From Catajapyx aquilonaris (Eukaryota): 26,207 nt of DNA. Position numbers and translations under genes: made by a program. The DNA lies in the NCBI GenBank assembly GCA_000934665.2, contig KZ538281.1, positions 62,001 to 88,207 of the forward strand, given 5' to 3'. Below the pieces are notes generated by a model. It had not been told where the DNA came from, did not search any database, and was given only the letters and a program-made list of their open reading frames with translations. Shown piece after piece: positions 1 through 8,611 of this stretch (position 1 is its first letter; each line of letters begins with the position of its first letter).

Positions 1-596
1 ATAAAACTTATATTCACAGATCCACAATGCATGTGTCTTAACACTAATACTGATTAAGAATAATTGCACCCTCACTCTGGTCATTTGAAAATGAGGATTA
101 TTATTATTTTTTTTCAAAGGACAAATTTATGTTCTAGTGATCATATCACTCCCTCACGATTTAATTCAACATGACGCAAATTATTTGTCAGATTACGCTG
201 GTTGATTCGTTAGTACTCATTGTTATAAATTCTAACATGTCAATCATGGCTGCGTACATTAATTAATGTCTGTACAGGCAAATGCGTTCCGGACAGGATT
301 TTTATATAGAATCCACATGCACTTTCCGCTTTCTGCTGATGGCGAAATTTGGTGCGGTTTATACCAGTGGTAGTGCAATAGCATATTCAGTGTATCAGTT
401 AACATAGGTGCCAGCCAGTCTTATTTACAAAAATCATACGCATTGCCACAAAATCGTTACTATTGGAGATGACAACATGAGTTGGAACGTTACAAAAATT
501 CGCAACCACTTGTCCAGTTCAAGGAAATGTTAATCAAACTCCAGCAAAAGCCACACCATACTTCTCTCACACACATATCGTCAATACCTGTGATCC

Positions 597-1691
597 TCAC
601 ATTGCCATACACTTCTCGGCATGCCTACGCAATCGGATCATAGACCCGCATCTCTTTTGACAATAAGGACAAGTGAACATCCCCAAGTGAACTGACTTCA
701 TGTGTGTGCTTAAGTGCGCAAACTGTGTGAATCTGAACCCACAAACCTTGCATGTATAGGGCCTCTCACCTGTGTGGACACGCAAGTGAACTATGAGGTA
801 CTGGGACTTGATAAATTGCTTCCCGCAGGTCCTGCAAACATAACGTGACTTTTTGTTGCCACTGTTGCGATTCATGTAATTTTGTGCCTTGTAATTGGTG
901 GTGGTGTGTGGTACCTTGTAACGTAGGTTCCTCCTGGTTGGAGACTCCTCCTGTAGCAACTGACCGTTTGTAATGTTCTCGTGCGACATATTCAGCGCAT
1001 CTTCGTGTAAGGACTTCACATCAGTAACCATCAACTGCGGACCGTCCATACTTGCATCATACATATCTTCCTCATCGAACGGCTCCAGCTTCACGACCGG
1101 TTCAGCCGCTGCAGGTGCTGATCTCGAACGTGTCAACACACTTTTAAGTATAGACGGAGGTGACTTTCTACCGTCACTCTGCAGCTGTTCCTTATGGAGC
1201 ATCTGCATGTGTCGCTCCAAGTTCCGGAGTGTGGATATCGCAACTCCGCATACTTTACACCTGCATTTGGCAGATTTATTGGGCTTCGTGTGTGATCTCA
1301 TGTGTGTTCTCATACCTGTCAAAGTGGTAAACTTTGTGTTACAGTACGGACACACAATTGGCTTCCTCGTCAGTGGTGCCCGTTGACGCAATGGCTTCAC
1401 ATCTTCATTTGGTTTGCGCCACACATCGTTACGCCACGGTGCTACCTCTTCTTTTGGTCTGCGCCATTGCGTTACTTCCGCTTTCGGTTTACAGCACACG
1501 GTTACAGTCACATGCGGCTGCGACTTCGACTGGCTTCCATCGCATTCGACGCTGTGATTATCGAATCCCCTTTGGTTTAAAGAGTACAATCCACATTTTT
1601 GACACAGCAGATCTTTCCCGTAGCATGAATGAGCGGACTTGTCCGCGTAAACGTTCCAACAAAATATGCAAAATTTCTTCTTGCCCTCCAT
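597..1691 (-). CDS. C2H2 zinc-finger protein, 364 aa (single coding exon; probable 5' UTR intron 1693-2110)
   Basis: Four C2H2 fingers (CPYC, CKVC, CRTC, CKVC), a TGERPY linker and a terminal C2HC-type finger (CPYC...H...C). The likely start is MEGKKK at 1691, directly after the acceptor TTCTTGCAG; a GTAAGTA donor lies at 2110-2104. The hydrophobic 38-aa N-terminal extension in the ORF track is probably intronic. Confidence 0.88.
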   Translation of the reverse strand: MEGKKKFCIFCWNVYADKSAHSCYGKDLLCQKCGLYSLNQRGFDNHSVECDGSQSKSQPHVTVTVCCKPKAEVTQWRRPKEEVAPWRNDVWRKPNEDVKPLRQRAPLTRKPIVCPYCNTKFTTLTGMRTHMRSHTKPNKSAKCRCKVCGVAISTLRNLERHMQMLHKEQLQSDGRKSPPSILKSVLTRSRSAPAAAEPVVKLEPFDEEDMYDASMDGPQLMVTDVKSLHEDALNMSHENITNGQLLQEESPTRRNLRYKVPHTTTNYKAQNYMNRNSGNKKSRYVCRTCGKQFIKSQYLIVHLRVHTGERPYTCKVCGFRFTQFAHLSTHMKSVHLGMFTCPYCQKRCGSMIRLRRHAEKCMAM

Positions 1692-1881
1692 TCTGCAAGA
1701 AATTGAAGTACATTGAAATAACAGCATGCCTATCAAAAAAATTATTACAACAAAAATATGTATGCATACGCTTATTATTATTGTGCCTCTCCTTCTCATT
1801 AGCACCTTATGTATGTGTAATTTATTTATTTATTTTAAGTGCCCCTTGACAACCTTTACAGGGTATTCGGGGGATGTGTTG

Positions 1882-1950
<69 letters not shown>
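1882..1950. repeat. (ATT)23 microsatellite in the putative 5' UTR intron of the zinc-finger gene
   Basis: Perfect ATT run of 69 nt, seen directly. Confidence 0.98.
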
Positions 1951-2284
1951 GTGTGTTGCTGTGCGTATAAAGTGAAAGTTATTGCCTGACAGGCAATGGC
2001 GTGACAGATAAAATTATTGGAACAGAAATTTTTGTTCGATTTCAGACCCGATCAATGTAACACGAATGCAAACAAAAATTACCCAAACCTTCTGTACACA
2101 CCGTACTTACTTTTTTTTATGTCTACTGACAGCCTGTCTTCTTGCCCTTCGTTTAAACCAGGTAGGACGCCAGGTAATTGTGTAAATTAATCATAAAATT
2201 GGAATAGAACTTGACACAAACCGAACAATAAAAGGTGGAGACGATGGGTTGTTCAGAAAATGGTCGGTAGATGGCAGGACGAAA

Positions 2285-2326
2285 CATTTTGTATCCAATT
2301 GAGGGGGCTGGATACAAAATGGCGGC
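2285..2326. promoter_or_regulatory. 13-bp inverted repeat overlapping a YY1/Pho-like motif (CAAAATGGCGGC); candidate promoter region
   Basis: CATTTTGTATCCA (2285-2297) / TGGATACAAAATG (2309-2321); motif at 2315-2326. It lies between the 5' end of the minus-strand ZF gene and the plus-strand SelW-like gene. Confidence 0.4.
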
Positions 2327-2501
2327 GAGCGCGTGGATTTGAATTATATTTTTTTTGGAAGAAATTATTGTCAAAATATGTTTGCAAAATTAGTTGTGAT
2401 GGACAGTGCAGCTATTTGGGGGGCCACAATTTTTTTTTAAATATATTAAACCTTGATATGGCATGATAAGGACTAGAATGAGTGGCAATGCACACTATAA
2501 C

Positions 2502-2618
2502 GGAACAGTAGATGACATGATTTTATTAAATAAAAACAAGTACAAAAAATGTAAAATATCTTCATTAACAAAATTTGCATGTTACTGTACATCTGCAAAC
2601 ACAAATATGCAAGAAGGC
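2502..2618. repeat. ~120-bp direct repeat, copy 1 (copy 2 at 3924-4044)
   Basis: GGAACAGTAGATGACATGATTT(TT)ATTAAATAAAAACAAGTACAAAAAATGTAAAATATCTTCATTAACAAAATTTGCATG...TACATCTGCAAACACAAATATGCAA is shared with only small indels. Confidence 0.95.
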
Positions 2619-2920
2619 TCTATAGGCTCACTATTTATCTAACATCCCTCGTACTGTCCAAGTCCGCAGGACAACACTGGACACTAAGGAAGACGCTATG
2701 GATTGTTCACTCCAGCAACCAGTGAAGTAGCAAGTCATGTTGAGTAAATGCGGCCCTGATTGTTGCACAAAAGCAACAATAATGTGCAAAAGTCAATGTC
2801 ACCGTTGCTACTGATACCATCAGATATAACAAAGGAAATCATTCAGAGAGGACATACATTTCCCCCCTTATCCAGTGGATCCTGATACAAAAGAAGACCA
2901 TCAGAAATAATCCTGTACTC

Positions 2921-3654
2921 ATGGCTCCTGTCAGAGTTGTTGTGGAATACTAGTACGTCAAAACATTATTAATTTTATGATGCCACAATCATACACATTT
3001 CACATTTGATTTCGCAAAGTACCGCGTTGTACTGTATAGTGTAATATAATTAAATTTAATATTGAGTGTTTGTCTTCTGAGATGGGCAGGGGTGGGGGGC
3101 GGGACGGGTTGTTTACTGTTTTTTAAAAATTAGTTCATATTTTGGGTTTGCTTGTGGTGGCTCCCGTCATCGCTGCATGACTACCCCTTTATATACTTGT
3201 AGTTTAAAGTACTTAGTATTAATCTTGCCACACGCTGCTAATTTTTCAGTGGGTCATGAGGGAACAGAAGGCGCTATGAAGAGCTGGCCAGGGCCATCGA
3301 AAGGGGCTGCTGACCTGCTGAAGTTCAGGGACATACTGGTAGTCGCCTAGGCAAGCAACATTTTTCATAAGATAACTGCACTTTATGCTTGTAGCTGAGG
3401 TTTTTATAACTGTAGTCAACTGAAGTATAATTTTTAGACATTATTTTGTGAAGTTAGTGATGTCAACGTGGCTTATTTTAAAATATCTTCATTTATTTAC
3501 AGGGTCATTTGAAATTATGGTAAATGGTACCCTCATTTACTCCAAGTTAGCAAAACGTAAGTTCCCTGTTTATGATGAAATCGTCAGTATCGTTAAGGAT
3601 GTCAGCAAAGGGAAGGAATGCAGACAAGCAGTTCTAGTGGCTGATGATGTCTAA
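2921..3654 (+). CDS. SelW/MIEN1-like (Rdx family) selenoprotein or its pseudogenising copy; exons 2921-2952, 3250-3350, 3503-3654
   Basis: Spliced translation MAPVRVVVEY-Y-GS-U(TGA 3257-3259)-GNRRRYEELARAIERGC-(TGA 3311-3313)-PAEVQGHTGSRLGSFEIMVNGTLIYSKLAKRKFPVYDEIVSIV... matches the Rdx pattern VEYCxxU...GSFE(I/V)xVNGxLIYSKL...FP. Intron 2 probably uses a GC donor (AG|GCAAGC). A SECIS lies downstream. Confidence 0.85.
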
Positions 3655-3775
3655 TGAAAAAGATTACGTGGATTGTCATTTTTTTCTTGGCACACACGTA
3701 CACCATTTGGAAGAAACATGGTTTGGTTGCATATTGGTTTAATTAATTTGGTAATATTTCCCTTGCGATTTGTAA

Positions 3776-3840
3776 CTCTACATATAATGACGACTTCCTT
3801 ATAAAATGAGATACGAGGATGTCTGATGCTTTAAGTAGAG
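3776..3840 (+). promoter_or_regulatory. SECIS element (selenocysteine insertion sequence) in the 3' UTR
   Basis: Helix I CTCTAC/GTAGAG; core ATGAC (3787-3791) and TGAT (3824-3827); helix II pairs 9 of 11 positions (GACTTCCTTAT / ACGAGGATGTC); AAA at 3803, 12 nt after ATGA. Confidence 0.85.
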
Positions 3841-3923
3841 ATTGTAAGAAGCTATGGGAGATATTACCTTTCGGAAATCTATCGCAATTTATAAAAAATA
3901 TATTGCAGTAATCGAAGACAACT

Positions 3924-4044
3924 GGAACAGTAGATGACATGATTTATTAAATAAAAACAAGTACAAAAAATGTAAAATATCTTCATTAACAAAATTTGCA
4001 TGTACTGCTGTGGTACATCTGCAAACACAAATATGCAAAAAGGC
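3924..4044. repeat. ~120-bp direct repeat, copy 2, carrying back-to-back polyA signals for the convergent SelW-like (+) and F-box (-) genes
   Basis: AATAAA at 3950-3955 on + and TTTATT at 3943-3948 (AATAAA on -); near-identical to 2502-2618. Confidence 0.9.
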
Positions 4045-4158
4045 ACAAAAAAATATGCGATCACCCAATTCTCTTGTAATAAATGTCATGTTAAACTAGT
4101 ATGTAATTGCTTAAAAACTACGAGCCCAATAGAAATTATAAAAATTACTAATTTCCAG

Positions 4159-5391
4159 TTACAATGACAGAGACGTAATTTGCTTGATTCTAATGACAAG
4201 TTGTGAATTAATGTCCGGCGCTTGCTCTAATATTTGTATGGAATTGAGCTTCCGGCACTGAGAAATGTCCAGTACCCTGAGTTGCGTGCAGGCTTGTATC
4301 AAGTTAAGGACAGCGCCGGTTGCGACATGGTCAGAGTAGCTTATGTCCAGCTTCGTTAAGAGCTTGCAATTCGATGTGATTACATCAAGACAGGAATCAG
4401 TGAGCGCCGAGCATGTGATTCCGAGCACTTCCAAGTTGGAGGCCATTTTTGAAGACAGCAGTGCATGCAATGCTGCAACCGTGACGCTTCCAAGAGCCGT
4501 TATGTTAAGATGTCGCAAATTACACAAGTTGTGGATACCTTCTGATGCGGAACAGTCCTCAGGTAAATGGGTTACACTCACGCTCAACTCTTCGAGGAGG
4601 TGGCATTTCGCAAGAAGATGAGGTGCCCTCATACTGTGCCACGAAGTGTCAAGTTTCTTCAGCTGCTTTCCAACGGTTGCAACGATAAACTCCGTTTCAT
4701 CATTAGTCTGATATAATTTAACATCACACAGCTTTGGATATACTGCTGCGTATGTACCGCTCATTGTTGAATTACAATTACCTGATATAGTCAGCCTTTC
4801 CAGGTTGGAACAAACCGACAGTGCTTCCAACGGATGCTTCCCATCAGCCGGATCGTCCCAGAAGTCGATCTCCACTTCCCGAAGCTCCTTACAATTTATC
4901 GCAACTAATCCCAACGGATCGGTTGAAACAGTACGTGTCGTACTTAGCACCAGTCGTTTCAACCTGTGCGCCGTGTTGGCAACATGTTCAAGCAGCAAGT
5001 CCGCATTACTCAACCACATATTCAGCTCCAAATTTTCAAGCATTGTTGCCTGCTCCAGTAGTCGAACGGCTTTGTCTATAGTTAACATATGTGCGTTGAA
5101 AGTCATCGACCGCCAAAGCGTCGGATCTTGCGCTAGTACGTTCCAGTCTTTGCAAACGAGGGCCGCTCCTCTTGTAATATCGCAGTGGCTCAAGTAGGAA
5201 AAAATGTGCAGCTTAATCTCATTCGCAAGATCATTTATGGAAATTCTATCCTGAAATTATTATTATTATTATTAATATTTATCATTATTATTATTTTTTG
5301 GCTGGCGGATACATACATTTCCTTCAGAATTACTGCTGGCAACAACAACACAATGCCCAGTTTTCCTCCTCTTGGCTTCTGGTCCAGACAT
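4159..5391 (-). CDS. F-box/leucine-rich-repeat (FBXL-type) protein, 388 aa; exons 5391-5317, 5250-4159
   Basis: Exon 1 MSGPEAKRRKTGH...SEGN, GTATGT donor, TTTCAG acceptor (phase 0); F-box motif INDLANEIKLHIFSYLSHCDITRGAALVCKDW; then LRRs (LENLELN, LKRLVLS, LERLTIS, LTKLDISYS, LRVLDISQC). Confidence 0.9.
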
Positions 5392-5542
5392 TTTCGTCTA
5401 ATTAATCGGCTAATTAATTTTTTGGGGGAAATTAATAAATTTTTCTTCATCACATGTCAGCCATCATAAATGAAGTACAACTTGCCGCCAACAGATGGCT
5501 ACACATGTTGGCTCCAAAAAAAAAAAAGGTTGGCTAAAAGGA

Positions 5543-5556
5543 CACCAGATGGCAGC
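5543..5556 (+). promoter_or_regulatory. CTCF-like motif CACCAGATGGCAGC upstream of the F-box gene
   Basis: Resembles the CTCF core CCACYAGRKGGCRS; motif match only. Confidence 0.35.
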
Positions 5557-5760
5557 GCGGCTTTTCCGGCGGCATTTTTGAAATTATTTTTCCGAAAATT
5601 CCCCCAAAAAAACACACAAATAAAAATCGGTCAACTTTTGGGCTGCCATAATAATTACCGGTAAAAAATCTGCGTATTATTAATCATCAGCTAATTTTTA
5701 TTGAGCGTACTTATGACAATTATGGTGGTCCACCCTGCATTTTGCTGTTGTGCATAAGTT

Positions 5761-8372
5761 TTATCCGATGCGTAAGCCTCTGTAGTTCATCCAAACCCGA
5801 AAAACCGGTAGACCAGGAGATCCAAAGAGATTGACCAGCAGAAACTGTAACAAACGACCACAAAGACGAGAGAGAGTCATGTGAAACCCTTTTTGGGAGG
5901 TGTCATATAATATATACCTTGATTGCTTCTTGCCATGAGATTGAGGACAGCTCCTGCTGAGACATAGAGATGGTCAGCAGGCACAGCTTCCGGTATCCCT
6001 GTTCGATGGTGTGCTGGTCTATCTCGGACATGAAGAACATTTCGTCCAGTACTAATTTCACCTCCACATTCTCGGTTGCATTAAGTTCCATTGCTTCTTT
6101 GTGGAGGGTCGTGTACCTTTGAAAGTATAACAAAAAGTTTGAAATGAACCTGCAATCCAGTATTACAGCAAACGAATACCATGGGCAGGGAAAGATGACC
6201 TTCTCCTCAATATCGCCTTTCTTCAACTTCCTACTTAACGACGTCACGTCGCTCATCTGTTTGTGCAGAGAGATAATATCTTTATTTTTGTCCCCCAGCA
6301 TCTCATTTAACACTGAGGAAAGAGAGAGGACGATGTGCAGTGAAAGGCTGACGGGACGAAAGTGTCAGGAGTCGTGGAGGAGAGGGGCAGCGTCGCGCAT
6401 TAGCAAAGCCACAATAACGCTCGTATCTTATTCCCTTACATGCGATTTTCCTGTTGTAAACTGGCTCCATGTTGGCCCTGACCTTCTTGACCACCCTGGC
6501 GTACTCGGCCTCCAGCTTGTTGTTGGTGGCAGTAAACCCCTTCCTGGTGAGGTACAGGAGGTCGTCGGCGAAGATGACGGACTTCCTCTTCTTCAGTTTT
6601 TCCTTCGGAGGCACTTTCCATGGAGGAAGGCCGGAGAAGCTCCGTCGAACCAACCTTGCAGGCGACGGAGCTGGCCATTCAGGAATAAGTTGCCGGTGGC
6701 CGTACTCTGCCGGTTCAATCCCTACGACTGTTCCTAGCAATGACGACACCCTCCCCTCCCTTAATAAATGGGGGGGGGGGGGGTAATTAATTAATTATAT
6801 AGTCATCATCGTCATCATCAATAACATTACAAGAAAACCCCTCGCTTATTCGCTCAGAGAAAACAACTTGTTTGCTCCTGCTTTTTCTTGCACTGCATAG
6901 GATAAGTACATCATAATAATTATTATGAACTTATTTTAGGCATGGCAATCGGTACCTGTAAGCACTGGGCAGATGATTATCCTGCCCTATAAAATCCATC
7001 CCATCTGCTTTCCGATGCTTGTAAATCTTGTTCTTTAACATCTCTCGATTACATTTCTTGCGAAGTGCAATGAGTTCGTTGTATGGCATGGTAATCTGCA
7101 AACACGGAAAATTGTTGTTTAAAAATTAATATTGTAGTTTGTGTCGTACATAATGTGCACCAAAAAAATTTGATGTCCTGGCACTCAACCGTCAGCACTG
7201 TGCCGCCATGTTTAAGATTATCTATAATATTAAAATCATATAGTAGGCACGTGTAGCGTATGTGCAGTATAAGCCTTCTCATTGGTCCGATTCATACTGT
7301 TACCTCGACGTTTCAGATTGGCCCGCGTTCAGCGCATGCGCAATGGGTCGGCCACCGTTGTCGCTGTTCGTCTCTCCCGTCACCACGACCCTCCCCCGAA
7401 TCGGTCGCTGGTTATTGAAAAATAAGTTTTTCGAGTTGATTTTTTAAAATCTGCTGAGTGCCACAGGTTTAAAGCGCTATGAAACGTTTGTACGAAATAA
7501 TTATTATCGACTTATATACAGTACATCTCTCTCCAGATCCTTCTCCGTCAAGTTCAGCATGCTGACCAGCAGCTTCTTGATATTCCACACCTTTCGGATC
7601 CAGTTCCTCAACTGAATCAGACGTGCTGCTCTGAAAAGAAAAAAACGAGCCATGATTCGACATCAGTTAAATAATTAATTACAATTATTATCGACTGACT
7701 CACTCGAGCCTTTCTTCCCATTCATCCACTTCATCGGGCATCTCCAGCGTCTTCTGTGCTAATGCCAGATCCATCTTAATCTTCGCATCTTCTCTCTCTT
7801 TCCTCCTTATCAACTCTGCAGTTTCCTCAGCATTCACAGGGTACTTTTTACGCAGGTTCTGCAAGTAGTTCTGACCACACCTTACTCCTACAATACACAG
7901 ACGTATATATGGTTCAGACCAAATAGACATAGGTGGTCTTACATGGGGAAAAAACATTACATATTACAAACCTGTCAGAAGATCTTGAGACATCTCAAGA
8001 AGCTGCTGAATTCCTGTTAATCCTCCGATTGTCTTGGGCATAGGACACAATTTGATCTCATCGCTCCCATAAGGAGCAAGAACTAGAGGGTTTCCAGGAC
8101 TGAACGTTCCATATTTCTGAAAAAAGTAATGTCCTGTACGTTTACGTTGCTGCGGTATTGTTACATCTTTTTTTTACATCTCTTTACTTATTGAAGCAAC
8201 ATTACCTTAACCAATTTTCGAAGGTTCACTCGTCTCCTCGGAGGTGGTTGAAATTCCTTTCGATCCTGAAATTCAAAAAATATTATGCTGATTGGTAATC
8301 CTCTTTTACAAAACAGCACCAATGCCAATTGAACAATACTTATGGTGGTTCTTGTATGAGTTTACTTGCCAT
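5761..8372 (-). CDS. Unassigned protein X1 (~457 aa), paralogue of X2; exons 8372-8370, 8265-8206, 8116-7972, 7887-7704, 7630-7525, 7095-6956, 6759-6440 (junction uncertain; optional exon 6892-6831), 6312-6180, 6116-5918, 5844-5761
   Basis: Phase-compatible exon chain giving one ORF; collinear similarity to X2 throughout (PLVLAP, GGLxxIQxLLE, PPW, IFPCPWY, KLCLLTIS, WxxYRGL). Confidence 0.72.
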
Positions 8373-8611
8373 TTAGTTGTATACTTGGCGCTTCAGTTTC
8401 TCTTACGAAGCATATAATCTTCAGGATAAATATATTTTAAAAAAAACATGCACGGAGCAATTTCGTAAATATTTTTAAGTTACTGTGGAAACAAACACAG
8501 GGCCACCAACCACAACAAGGCAGCAGTTTCCATAAGTAACAATATTACGCTGCATATTTTCTTATAGCCTCTGGTGGCACTTTTATTGGCCCTTCCCAGC
8601 ACCTCATATAA

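Noticed and set aside
1692..1805. Apparent signal peptide/TM segment at the start of the 402-aa ZF ORF
   Set aside because: Lies upstream of a good splice acceptor (1693-1694); most likely intron read in frame by chance
1726..1989. 87-aa ORF with poly-Ile
   Set aside because: Translation of the (ATT)n microsatellite, antisense to the ZF gene intron
7270..7430. GC-rich patch with GCGCATGCGC (NRF1-like) and ATTGG boxes
   Set aside because: Falls inside an X1 intron with no supporting start or clear TIRs; cannot distinguish promoter from TE remnant
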